Notes: generated from the sequence alone by a model not told the origin. A DNA stretch of 64,000 bases from an uncultured Rivularia sp. (GCA_963665115.1 OY762007.1:5440001-5504000), one strand, 5' to 3'. Shown: positions 9,996 through 20,883, counted from the first letter of the stretch. Numbers and translations are program-made.

Positions 9996-10755
9996 ATGCC
10001 AGTAATTACACCCAATAACACAGTTAATAAATCCGTAGATTTCCATAATCAAAAGAATAGTAAAGAAAATAGCACTGAGTTTATGGTGCAGCTGCGTTCG
10101 GTGACAAAAACCTATGCTAATGGAGCGAATGCTTTAGTAGATACCAATTTAAGCATCAAAAAAGGGGAATTTTTGTTTATCACAGGGGCCGAGTGGTTCT
10201 GGTAAATCAACTTTATTAAAGTTGCTTTATGGTGAAGAATTGGCAACCCAGGGAGAGGTTATTGTTGACGAGTGCGATTTGTCAGGGTTGCGTGGTGATA
10301 ATTTGTCTTTATTGCGGCGACGTATTGGTATTGTTTTTCAAGACTACAAATTAATTCCTCAAAGAACGGTAACAGAAAATATCGCCGTCGTGTTGCAAGC
10401 TCAAGGCTACACGCGCAAGGAAATTCACAGACGTTTGGAACCTACATTAAAGTTAGTAGGTTTACTGGGTAAAGCTAATTATTTTCCAGATCAACTTTCT
10501 GGAGGAGAGCAGCAACGAGTGAGTATGGCACGAGCAATTGTTGCAACCCCACCGCTACTCTTAGCAGATGAACCAACCGGAAATTTAGATCCAGACAATT
10601 CTTGGCAAATAATACAAATATTGCGTAAATTAAATTCCTTCGGCGCTACAGTAATTGTCACCACTCACGACGAACATTTAGTAAGACGTTGCAACCAAAG
10701 AGTAGTACAAGTTCGCGATGGAAAAGTTTACGAAAAGTTAGGAGTTAGGAGTTAG
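9996..10755 (+). CDS. ftsE: Cell division ATP-binding protein FtsE (one-base frameshift, probably a sequencing error)
   Basis: Removing one G from GGGG at 10185-10188 restores [20 protein letters not shown]. Downstream motifs are [22 protein letters not shown] and [12 protein letters not shown]. Confidence 0.85.
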
Positions 10756-10934
10756 GAGTAGGGAGTGGAAAGTAGGGAGTAGGGAGTAGGGAGTAGGGAG
10801 TAGGGAGTAGGGAGTAGGGAGTAGGGAGTAGGGAGTAGGGAGTAGGGAGTAGGGAGTAGGGAGTAGGGAGTAGGGAGTAGGGAGTAGGGAGTAGGGAGTA
10901 GGGAGTAGGGAGTAGGGAGTAGGGAGTAGGGAGT
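10737..10934 (+). repeat. STRR array (GGGAGTA)n, about 28 units
   Basis: Near-perfect tandem heptamers in the opposite orientation to the array at 9690-9898. Confidence 0.95.
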
Positions 10935-11035
10935 TAAGCTGATGTGCAGCTAAGTTGTATTAAAAAAATTTGGAATTATTGTAGTGCGGGCATCTTGCCC
11001 GCTAGTACTATACAAATTAAGTGCGTAACAGCTTA
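10935..11035. mobile_element. MITE-like element (~100 bp) with ~27-bp imperfect TIRs and TA ends
   Basis: TAAGCTGATGTGCAGCTAAGTTGTAT...ATACAAATTAAGTGCGTAACAGCTTA. A second, inverted copy lies at 24959-25112. Confidence 0.7.
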
Positions 11036-11046
11036 AGAGTTAAGAT

Positions 11047-11149
11047 TAGTAAGTAAACTTCCTTGCTCCGCTCTTATTATCATAAGGCTGGTTGCTCAAC
11101 CGTCCATTTTCTACTCGCTACTCTCTACTCCCTACTTTTAGAATCTCCC
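11047..11149 (-). repeat. Right copy of inverted repeat flanking ftsE
   Basis: Reverse complement of 9600-9696, identical over 51 bp with one extra heptamer. Confidence 0.9.
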
Positions 11150-11168
11150 AATCCCCAATTCCCTAATA

Positions 11169-11936
11169 TCAACATGAAACGCGGTTTTTGGCTTTTACGG
11201 AAAACGGTACTAAAGTAGTCGGATTGCTTTTGGGTACGACTTTTTCGGCTGGTTCTAATGCTTGCAAACTATCAAAGGCTGCATCTCGAATTGCTGCTTC
11301 TGATTCATTTGTCAGCAACAGTTGCAAGCATTCAATAATACATTTCTTTGCGTCAGGCTCAAGTTGTGGAGTTGCTAATTTTGTTAACTGACGCACGCTA
11401 ATTAAACGTTTAAGGGGATCTGTATCTGTTAAATTCTCTAGCGATCGCTCTAACTCCAGTTGTTCTTGATTTCCATGTAAGCTTATCAGCAGTCGAGCTA
11501 ATAATATTAAAACCAATACGGTTGCTATACCTTGGACGATTGCACCTCCACCAATCCAAACATTTGGGGCATCAGCCCAAATTGTTACGGCGGTATAAGT
11601 TCCTAAGCAGGTGATTGCACCACTAGTAACTGATAATACTAAACGTCCGTTGGTAGTTTGCAGATAATTACGTAACTTATTCAAAAATTTCGACCAGTCC
11701 CATTGGGGCATCGAATAGACTAGCAACATGACAAAAATGCCCGAACCGCTTGCGAATAATAACTTCGGGTTCCACAAAAGCATAGCAACGATTATCGTTA
11801 AGAACCAAAGAAACTGAGATGGATTCTTACGTTGCAATATACTTCCCTTCGTGACTCCTGTTTTTAATTGCGGAAGCTCCCTTAACGGCATATTTTTGAT
11901 GAATCGCTGCCAAAAAGACGAAGCCAATTTTGCCAC
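11169..11936 (-). CDS. Membrane protein with C-terminal HEAT/armadillo-like helices
   Basis: Several hydrophobic segments followed by LTDTDPLKRLISVRQL...ESEAAIRDAAFDSL, a HEAT-like pattern. Confidence 0.65.
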   Translation of the reverse strand: MAKLASSFWQRFIKNMPLRELPQLKTGVTKGSILQRKNPSQFLWFLTIIVAMLLWNPKLLFASGSGIFVMLLVYSMPQWDWSKFLNKLRNYLQTTNGRLVLSVTSGAITCLGTYTAVTIWADAPNVWIGGGAIVQGIATVLVLILLARLLISLHGNQEQLELERSLENLTDTDPLKRLISVRQLTKLATPQLEPDAKKCIIECLQLLLTNESEAAIRDAAFDSLQALEPAEKVVPKSNPTTLVPFSVKAKNRVSC

Positions 11937-12075
11937 GTTATTTACCTGCCACTATAATTACAATTTACTGATAAAAACTAAGAATATATAATATTTCTAC
12001 TAGCAAATCTATCACTAAAAGGCGCTTATACAAAATTGCTAGCAATTATAAAAGTAAAATTTTCACTTAGCAATG

Positions 12076-12657
12076 CTAATAACAAAAACTTAAGTCGTCA
12101 ATGGTAAATTGACCGTCGAAAGCATGGAACCTAATAGAATGTATATTATCTGCCGATACAGATAACAAAGTATTCGCAACCAGTATTGAGTCGGAATTAG
12201 CAAGATTACCGGAGGGTAGTATTGCTTGATTTAACAGTTGGCGATCGCCATCATAAGCGGATAGCACTAATCGCTGGGAACTGGTAACGAAGGCACTAAC
12301 TGAGTTGACGGGATTTACAAAAGTAGCTTCTAATAATCCGCTTTTAGACGAACTCATTAATACTATTGCACCAGAATGAGGTGGAAATGCGGGATTGCTC
12401 GGCTCTATGGCGATACAATTATCAAAAATTACCCCTCTACTTTCGTACTGAAGATCCACTACTTCAAAGCACTGCAAATTCTCCAGTTGCAAAAAAGTAC
12501 ATTCAGTTACAGGGGAATCAACTGTATAATTTTGCGGACATTGAGAACTCGAATAGGTTGATGTAAAACTTTGAGAATAACTATTAAGGTTGTCAAGCTT
12601 AAAGAAAGGCTCCTCAAGCGTTGTTACACCTGATTGAAAACTAGCCTGCTTTACCAT
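12076..12657 (-). CDS. Hypothetical protein (probable beta-sandwich C-terminal region)
   Basis: 193-aa ORF with an alternating beta-strand pattern ending FTIDDLSF. No family recognised. Confidence 0.6.
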   Translation of the reverse strand: MVKQASFQSGVTTLEEPFFKLDNLNSYSQSFTSTYSSSQCPQNYTVDSPVTECTFLQLENLQCFEVVDLQYESRGVIFDNCIAIEPSNPAFPPHSGAIVLMSSSKSGLLEATFVNPVNSVSAFVTSSQRLVLSAYDGDRQLLNQAILPSGNLANSDSILVANTLLSVSADNIHSIRFHAFDGQFTIDDLSFCY

Positions 12658-13131
12658 TGCTCAGATAAAAATAAAAAATACTAATTATATGGGGAATAAT
12701 TGTCTGCTCCCGACTGCATTGGATTTAAGAGCGTACAAACAATTTAATCAACAAGCAGCATTCAGAACAATTACAGTAAAAGAGTAAATCAGTAAGGAAC
12801 GTTCTTCTTGCTTTATTGACGCTCACTTCCATCGCCGATCAATAGGAACAGATTACCATAAAAGTTTTATCGTAAACCTCTACCCGAAGTTATTGTAGAT
12901 ACCAGTACAATCCCCTCAAATATAGTATTATCAAGTATTAATTTTTTATGCAGTGAAAAAATAAACACCAAATCTTCATAAGTAATCCAGTAATTTTACA
13001 TCTGCTTAATCTCTCCAAAGTTAGAAGTAATAATGTGAAGATTTAGCTGATAATTGAATTGGTGGCAAGCTTTATCTTGGGTAACTCTTGTCCACTACGA
13101 AAAAAAATTACCATAATTAACACAAATATCT

Positions 13132-14033
13132 ATGTTTCAGCCATTGGGATTTGAGCGTTGCTCGGTAAATACATCATTGGGTAGGATGATTTACTATACC
13201 AATACAGGCTCCCTGTGGCAGGATGAAATGACTGCCATTACGGATAAGGAAACCTTGGTATTCTTACATGGATTCGGTGGTGGTTCTTCTGCTTACGAAT
13301 GGTCTAAAGTATATTCAGCCTTTGCAGCAGAATATCGCATCATTGCACCGGATTTGATCGGTTGGGGTGAGTCGGAGCATCCAGAAAGAAACTACGAAGT
13401 TGAAGATTATTTAACTACAATCAGGGAATTTTTACAACAAACCTGCAACGGTGCAGTAAAGGTAATTGCTTCTTCTTTAACAGCAGCATTTACAATTCGA
13501 GTTGCGATCGCTCATCCGGAATTATTCAAGTCTCTGATTCTCACAACTCCAGCAGGGGACTTTCCGATTTTGGTGAAAACTATTCCCGCAGCTTTTTCGC
13601 TCAGGTAATTAGTACACCCGTTCTGGATAAATTGTTTTACAGTGCGGGGGTTGCAAGTAGCGGCGGAATTCGTAGTTTTTTAGAGCAACGACAATTTGCT
13701 AATTCCAATCGGGTTTATGAAGAAATTATAGAAGCTTATTTAGAATCTGCAAAACAGCCAAATGCAGAATATGCGGCTTTGTCTTTTGTTCGTGGGGATT
13801 TATGCTTCGATTTATCGCAATATATTGAACAACTGACAATACCCACAGCGATTATTTGGGGACAAAAATCACAATTTACCGGACCAGAAATTGGTCAGCG
13901 TCTGGCGCAAATGAATCCCCAAGCCATCAAATTTTTTCAACAATTGGACTCGGTTGGTTTAACACCTCAGTTGGAATTACCAGGAGTAACAGTAGGTTTA
14001 ATCAAAAAGTTTATCGGTTTGTTTGATAAATAG
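13132..14033 (+). CDS. Alpha/beta-fold hydrolase (frameshift at G-run, probably a sequencing error)
   Basis: FLHGFGGG and APDLIGWGES motifs. Correcting GGGG at 13555-13558 joins the two ORFs (PAGLSDFGENYSRSFFAQ...). Confidence 0.8.
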
Positions 14034-14035
14034 TA

Positions 14036-14072
14036 ATAAGTCATCAGCCATATTAATAGTGACTGATGACTT
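14036..14072. terminator. Bidirectional hairpin between convergent genes
   Basis: Inverted repeat ATAAGTCATCAG...CTGATGACTTAT immediately after the stop at 14033. Confidence 0.6.
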
Positions 14073-14193
14073 ATAAACTTATACACATGGGAAGCTCCCT
14101 ATAAATGACCCAAAAAAACTATCTACCTCCCTTAGCTACTATTCAAAATTACTTATATTTAATAATCTTGAATTTCGCTAACTACTTCCGATG

Positions 14194-14505
14194 CTAGCCA
14201 GCTTTTTTACGCGAGTTTGTAACAACCAACTCAAACTCCCAGCCCGGAAGTTGCTGTACCGATTTGCTAATATGACGTAAATCTTCTGAACCGTTACAGC
14301 TAAGATTTTGTCGCGTCCTAACTTTAGCAGCAACAACCTTTTTATCGTTTACGGCTATCAAATCAAGCGAACAATCTGCCAGTACCGTAGGTAGTTTTTC
14401 GGAAGATGGATTAATAGTTACTGAATAACCTTGCTCTCGGTATTCTTTAGCAAGCTTTAAGAGTCGCCGATATTCTAAGGGATTTTGATTCTCCTGATAG
14501 CTCAT
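14194..14505 (-). CDS. Small restriction-endonuclease-fold protein (REase_AHJR-like), probably catalytically degenerate
   Basis: The pattern YREQGYSV...LDLIA...LPGWEFELVVTN resembles AHJR-like PD-(D/E)xK domains. The usual EVK reads KVR here. Confidence 0.55.
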   Translation of the reverse strand: MSYQENQNPLEYRRLLKLAKEYREQGYSVTINPSSEKLPTVLADCSLDLIAVNDKKVVAAKVRTRQNLSCNGSEDLRHISKSVQQLPGWEFELVVTNSRKKAG

Positions 14506-14774
14506 ATCTAATTACTGAGAGTTGCTCCGGTGAAGTTGAAGTATCGATCGCTTCACTTATTATAGAGCAAACCTATAAGAATAGTGCTGTTAAATGCGTT
14601 GCAATATTGATAATAACTTTCATTAATTAACCAAAATTTAATACTAGCTTTGATGCTTGAAAAGGATACTAAAAGATGCACTTATTATTTGATTTAATAA
14701 GCGCATTACAATAGTTATTTCATAGTTATATACACTCATAAAATGAGGTAGATGCAGTTAATAGCTTATCTTTA

Positions 14775-15197
14775 TTAAGATAAATCTCCAGGATCTGGTG
14801 CAGGTTCAACTTTAATGTGCAAAAATTCTTCACCGTTAGAAAATCCTTCGGCTAAAGCTGGAGAAATACCTTTGATTCTAAAAGAACCATTTAGATTCCG
14901 ACGACGGCTGATGAAATCAGTAATCTGATAGTCATCAACATAAATCAAACCGTTTAAAGCATCCCTGACTGGCTTTACTATATTGTCATTATCTGGAACG
15001 GCTGATTCGTCGCCAGTGGGATCTGCATCATAATAATGCGTAATAATTACTTGAACATAACCTCCAACAGGATTTTCTTGATTCCAATTATATAGGGCAG
15101 TTTCACGAACTTGTTGTTTCCAAGCATTCACGCGCTTGCGTTCTTTTGCTTGGTGAGAAACTGGTTTACCAATTACTACAAATTCAAATGGCAGCAT
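14775..15197 (-). CDS. RusA-family crossover junction endodeoxyribonuclease-like protein
   Basis: GKPVS near the N-terminus and the RusA-type acidic motifs PDNDNIVKPVRDALNGLIYVDDYQI. Confidence 0.75.
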   Translation of the reverse strand: MLPFEFVVIGKPVSHQAKERKRVNAWKQQVRETALYNWNQENPVGGYVQVIITHYYDADPTGDESAVPDNDNIVKPVRDALNGLIYVDDYQITDFISRRRNLNGSFRIKGISPALAEGFSNGEEFLHIKVEPAPDPGDLS

Positions 15198-15812
15198 TGA
15201 GAAAATCTCGTAGTTAGGTGTAAGCGTTAATTAGCTCGCATTCGATAATCTCGCAGCGGTCGTAGATTTAATCTTGACTTCAAGTCTTGGGCTTTCTATT
15301 ACCGGAAGTGCGGTTCATTACCCTGAACTTAAAATACATATTGGGATTACTTTGATGAAATAAGTAACAATAACTGGGTTGACTTTTCAGTAAGCGAACC
15401 CTATGATTATTCTGTGCAATTTAAGGGTACAAGGATAAATAACTGGTAAGATATACTTTCTGACTTCTCGATTCATTTACTTTGATGTATCTGTGCAAAC
15501 ACCCTTTTTTATTGTCGGGAATACTACCCTTGAATGGTTTGTTTACACTTACAAGCTAACATATCAAAATATTAAACATCAACATTTTTTAGTTACCGTG
15601 CGGTTAAATTTCGCTATAATAATTAGACTTTGTACTTAGCAAAACAATTATTTTAATCAAATATAAATTAAATCACTTTGTTGCATTAAAAACAATGTGT
15701 TTTGTATTAACAAAATTCAAAGTAAATAAACTTATTGCTACCCACTATAGATAGAATAAAAAGCTAAATTTATAATCTAAAGTTGTAAATTTCAGGCGAT
15801 AAATTTCTACCC

Positions 15813-17712
15813 TTATTTAAGGTTGCCGATAAACTTATAACCACCTGCTTCTATGCGAATTTCACCTTCTTTCCAAGCTTGATAAATAGGTGCTTTTCCT
15901 CCTGCGGCATTTTGGTAAACGGCAAAGTGATTCTTCCAATCGTGTAATTTACCATTTCGCCAAACTTTGGGTAAATCTAAAGCTTGATGCTGTAATTTTA
16001 CTTTTCCTGCAACACCTTGATATTCAACTATACCGCTATCAATTTTATTTATATCTAAACGAGATTTAGCAAGTACCGAACTTTTGAACTGCTCAAAATC
16101 TCCATGAGTTTGTTTTTCACCTATTTCTAAAGCAAATCCGCTGTAACTATTTCCCATTCCAGTAGCAGTTAAAATTTGACCTTCGGGATATCTTTTAGTT
16201 ATTTCGGAGGTTTTAGTCGCGTTAATTCCTTCAAAATTCAGATTTATCGGTGTTAAAGCCAACCATGTTTTTTCATAGCGAATAAAGGTGACGTTATTTT
16301 TAGTTTCTATTTTGGTCGATTTAGGTAAAAAGAATTGAAAAGGTGTTTGTTGTTTATCGTTGAGAAAGATTACTAAGTTGCGGTATTGGGCGATATTGTC
16401 ACCACCGACGCTAGATGTTGATATTTTCTTAGGTTTCGCTACCCGTCGCTGCAACAAAATAATCAACGCCACGCTTTTGATTAAAAGCCATCATCTTAAA
16501 ACCATTCCAATCACCACCGGAACCTTTAGCTAAAGTACCTATTTGAAAAGTGTTACCGAAATACAAAGTTTCATGAAATTGCGGTGCAGTATCATTACCT
16601 TGTTTCCAATTTTCATAAGTCGGTTTAGAGTTAAGTAATTCTGCGGGCTTGGAAAACTGCTTTTTTGCTAAAGCCACAATCGCCGGATGGGGACGATAGC
16701 TGCTGGTAATTACGTGAACTGAGTCGGGGGAAGGTTTGGGATCTTCAATCGGTGAATCATTGAAATACAGTCCTAATTCATGGGTAGATAAAGCACACCA
16801 AACACAATTTCCTTTGCCGTAGTCACGCTTAGTAGGGCCGCCAAATCCACCCCGCCAATATTTTAAAGCACCGGAAGCTAAAAGCCAGTCTAATCCAGCT
16901 TTTGCCATAGATTTCACCTCTTTATCTTTAGCAAAGTCATAAAGATTCAGATAAGCAGTAATAGTATGTCCGAGATAGTTTTCCGAATCCCATTCACCTT
17001 GTCCAATTTGATACAAAGTGCTGATATTTCGCCGGATGCGTTGTTTGTAAGCTTGTCTCGTTGCTTCGTTTCCCGTTTCTTCAGCAAACAAATACACCGC
17101 ACTATTCCGCATTGCTTTCAAATTATCGGTGTTGCGACAATCCACCCAGCTATCACAATTATCAGTCCCGCTAGCCCAAAATTTACGTCTCTGAGGAAAA
17201 CGACGCTTTAACGGATCTTCTGCTGTTAAAAGTTGCATTGCTTGTTTCATTCGCTGACGATATTCTGGATCGAGATATTCCCCAAAATAGAAATACTTGC
17301 GAACTTGTCCTTTAAGAGTAAAGCTTGAGTAAAAATCAATTCCTAAAGTATGGGAATGACTTTTAGCATCAGCATCCTCAGCTTGAAGAAAAGCGATAGA
17401 ACTTTCGCGATTTCCCGCAAGAAAATCAATCATCGCTTTGGGATAAGAACGTTTTTCGCTTTCAAAAGATGTAGTTCCATATTTCTTACCAGCGAATTGA
17501 GCAATTACTTGTTTTGCACGTTTTTGAAACTCTGCTTCCATTTGCGGTGTCCATTGGTTTGATGTTGACACCTGTTTTAAAGGTTTTGGAGATAGCTGTT
17601 CGGATTTAGTTTGTAATTGTAAGTTTGATTTGTTTTTTGCAACATTACTAGTGCAACCGAAAGGAAACACGAGTAAGCAGAGGGTTATGGTTTTAAAAAT
17701 TAAATGTTTCAT
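15813..17712 (-). CDS. Large predicted lipoprotein of unknown function (~630 aa; one-base frameshift)
   Basis: Lipoprotein-like signal MKHLIFKTITLCLLVFPFGC starts at 17712. Removing one base at 16434-16436 fuses the two ORFs (AATGSEPKKISTSS). Confidence 0.7.
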
Positions 17713-17807
17713 GTTAAAGGTTTTAGCACAATAAAGGTTCATAGTAAGTAGCTCTAGCTTTTGGAAGGAAAGGATTAAAATCTTTACTACAAACTCTTTT
17801 AATTCAT

Positions 17808-17845
17808 AAAAAAAATAGTCCCCTCGCTGCAAACGGGAGACTATC
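17808..17845 (-). terminator. Rho-independent terminator of the DUF4330-like gene
   Basis: The minus strand reads ATAGTCTCCCG...GAGGGGACTAT followed by a T-run. Confidence 0.65.
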
Positions 17846-17946
17846 ATGTATTTAAACAGAAAAGTTTATTCAGCTTTTTGAATAATTAGAGAAAGATAAA
17901 AAGTAGAAGATCGAGTAATTACCTTTGACCTTTAACCTTTAACCTA

Positions 17947-18480
17947 TTATTTATCTTCAATTCTGACATCAATAACGCTGGCATTAAAATTGTAATTAAA
18001 CCCTTCTAATTCAAACGGCATCCCGATTTTTACTTTACTGTTACCCAAAACAGGTCCGCTATCAGTAATTGTTGCTTTACCTGCTAAAGTCAAAAGCATA
18101 TCTGTACTAAAAATATTTTCTCTAGGATCTTCCATTAATTTAAGAGTACCGTCAGGTTGTGTAACTATGATTTTCCTCGGTAGTACTTGAATGGATTTAA
18201 TCGGAATTTGGCCGTAGGGTTGATTGCGGATGATAACGTTTGTTTTACCTGATTTTTTAAACCCTTGCTCGGACAATCTATCTATATCTTTTACTTTCAA
18301 TCCCCGGACAATCAAATCAACTTCAATAGGTTTTGTTGTGGTACCTACTTGAGCTACGGAGCCAGTGGTTCCAGGGAATAAAAAGATACCTCCAATTACT
18401 AGCAAAATTACTAGTAAAGCACCGATATCTAGAATATTGAATTTACCAAATAAGCGACCTTTGGAATCTAATATAGCCAT
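17947..18480 (-). CDS. DUF4330-family membrane-anchored protein
   Basis: The N-terminus MAILDSKGRLFGKFNILDIG plus a TM helix is typical of DUF4330. Confidence 0.75.
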   Translation of the reverse strand: MAILDSKGRLFGKFNILDIGALLVILLVIGGIFLFPGTTGSVAQVGTTTKPIEVDLIVRGLKVKDIDRLSEQGFKKSGKTNVIIRNQPYGQIPIKSIQVLPRKIIVTQPDGTLKLMEDPRENIFSTDMLLTLAGKATITDSGPVLGNSKVKIGMPFELEGFNYNFNASVIDVRIEDK

Positions 18481-18832
18481 AACTGATTTTTCCTATTTTA
18501 TTGATGGGATGGATGATTGATATTAGAACAATGAAACTGCTGGAGATAGAAGTTAATAGTATGTGAGATTAAGTATTAAAGATAAAGGTTAAAATAGTAA
18601 GATTATTTCCTTTATGTAGTTATAGGACAGTTTATTACTTACAGTAGTTTTCCTGGGTTTCATGAAAGAATGCATAATTAATTGCCATGTCTAACAGCAA
18701 AGCTACTGTTAAGTCAAGCAGACTGGATAACCGATTATGGCATGACTTAGTAATAACTTAGGCGTGCAACTTCTGCCAGCTATTTATCGTCTTATAACTT
18801 ACGTTCTTCTAAAAACCTCCTTGAATTCGATC

Positions 18833-19693
18833 ATGATTGACAAGACAAACTTTTATTTTAATTTCGGCTCTTTGCGAAAAAGATTCTTTTATCCGCTAAT
18901 TTCTGTAGCTACTGCTATAACTTTGTGCCTAAGTACACCTTCTCTGGCTCAGGGCTTCTCTATATGGGACGTACTCTTTCAGGGTGCCCAAATAATTCAA
19001 CTTTCTAATATATCAGACAAGCAAGAAGTTCAACTCGGTAGGCAAATAAATCAGCAATTGGTCAAAAGCGATATTAAACTTTCTCGCAATTCTCAAATAA
19101 ATAATTACATACAAGGAATCGGTAAACGCCTAGCAGCCCAAAATACCAGAACCAAAATTCCTTACAAATTTCAGGTAGTTGAAGATGACAGTATAAATGC
19201 CTTCGCTACTGCTGGTGGATATGTTTATATTAATACTGGTTTAATCAAAGCCGCCGACAATGAAGCGGAATTATCAAGTGTAGTTGCTCACGAAATCGCT
19301 CATATTGAAGGCAGACACGTAGTAGAGCAAATGAAAAAAACTGCGATCGCCAGAGGTTTAGCTACAGCAGCAGGTGTAGAAAATAGTAGGTTAGTCCAAC
19401 TTGGTGTTGAACTAGGTTATCGTCGCCCTAACAGTCGTGGAGCCGAGCGTGATGCCGATCGCCGTGGATTAAGAATACTCACTGATGCTGGTTATGCTCC
19501 TCAAGCAATGGTTTCTTTCATGAGCAAGCTAAAGAGCAAAAGCAGAAGTGGAGTTCCTACCTTTTTAAGTACCCACCCTTCACCCAATAATCGCGTAGAA
19601 TATCTTCAGAGTTGGGTTAACGCACAACGTAGTAAAGGTAACGACGGCTTAAGCAAAACTGCATACCAGAGAAATATCCGAGCATTAAAATAG
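18833..19693 (+). CDS. M48-family zinc metallopeptidase
   Basis: INAFATAGG, AHEIAH (HExxH), ERDAD and FLSTHP motifs plus an N-terminal signal. The likely start is ATG 18833. Confidence 0.9.
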   Translation: MIDKTNFYFNFGSLRKRFFYPLISVATAITLCLSTPSLAQGFSIWDVLFQGAQIIQLSNISDKQEVQLGRQINQQLVKSDIKLSRNSQINNYIQGIGKRLAAQNTRTKIPYKFQVVEDDSINAFATAGGYVYINTGLIKAADNEAELSSVVAHEIAHIEGRHVVEQMKKTAIARGLATAAGVENSRLVQLGVELGYRRPNSRGAERDADRRGLRILTDAGYAPQAMVSFMSKLKSKSRSGVPTFLSTHPSPNNRVEYLQSWVNAQRSKGNDGLSKTAYQRNIRALK

Positions 19694-19757
19694 AGAGTCA
19701 GAAGTTACGGGTTAGGAGTTAGGATTTTCCAACTTTTGACCTTTAACCTTTAACCTC

Positions 19758-20523
19758 TCAAGCCCATAACCTGCTGCTATTACGATTGACTTTCAGTGAA
19801 GTCACATTAACTTTAGCTGATGCTTCCTCTAAAGTTAAGGTGCGTACAGAGGATTTAAACATATTGGCTTGATAACAGAGACGATTTGTGACATCAAATG
19901 CTGTTAGCCAACCACTACGGGGATGATAAGCACCTGTATCTAGATCGAGCCAACCAGCACCTCTGGCTATTTTGCCCGGTGCAACTCCAGGAAAAGTAAA
20001 AGTAATAGTGTGACCGACGATAATTACTTTATCTGAAAAATAAGGCTTTTGAATGCTGTGAAATTTGTCTCTAATCCAGCAAAATTGTTCGGCTTTTTGT
20101 TCTTCTATAGTTTTCGTAGGATCAATACCTGCGTGAACTAAAAATATGTCTCCTAAATCTAAATATAAAGGTAAACTTTCAAACCATTCGAGATGTTCTG
20201 GAGGTATTTTGCCGTTTTTATAGCTTGCTAAGGTTGCTTGTCCGCCACTGTAAAGCCATCCTTGTACGCTGGGAGTGGAAGCATTCTTATCTGTGAGAAT
20301 TTTTATTAGCATATGCTCGTGATTTCCGAGCAAGCAAGGATAGGAATTTTCTTTAACAAAATCCACTACTTGGGAACTTTCGGGGGCCTCTGTCTATCAA
20401 ATCCCCGAGAAAATAAATTTTGTCTTCTGCCGTTGGGGCGATCGCCTCTAACAATTGCATCAAGCCTTGATAGTGACCATGCACATCCCCTATAACTATA
20501 CGACGGTGGCTAGTTGCACTCAT
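19758..20523 (-). CDS. Calcineurin-like metallophosphoesterase (PPP Ser/Thr phosphatase; one-base frameshift)
   Basis: GDVHG, GDLIDRGP, GNHE, VHAG, GHT and DTGA motifs. Removing one base at 20382-20386 gives DRGPESSQVVDF. Confidence 0.87.
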
Positions 20524-20883
20524 GGGTCTGGACTTCAATAAGTTTGTTTTATATTCCTGATTCAGTAGAAACTACTATTAATCAGTAAGAAAATGTAAAA
20601 AATTTTCTAAATACAAGTTTAATGAAATCAATTCCATAGATAAAGAAGGAAATGTTACAAACCTTACTTATCTATAGACAAGAGCCGATTCATTTTGCTG
20701 AAACTAATATCAGTATAATTACTAGCAATATTGATACAATGTACTCATAATTACAAATTGTCTTGAGTGAGAATACGATAATTCAGTTTAAATATTGGTT
20801 GATAGAAAAGTTTCTGCAAACTAGCTGCTATGAGCAATAAAGTTTTAAAATTCAGATTGATATTGAGAAAGCAGGAGTATGTA

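Noticed and set aside
9690..10934. Long regular repeat arrays as a CRISPR array
   Set aside because: They are contiguous 7-bp tandem units with no unique spacers, and no cas genes are present. They are STRRs.
17713..17847. Upstream extension of the lipoprotein ORF
   Set aside because: It overlaps the terminator of the preceding gene, and the signal peptide begins at 17712.
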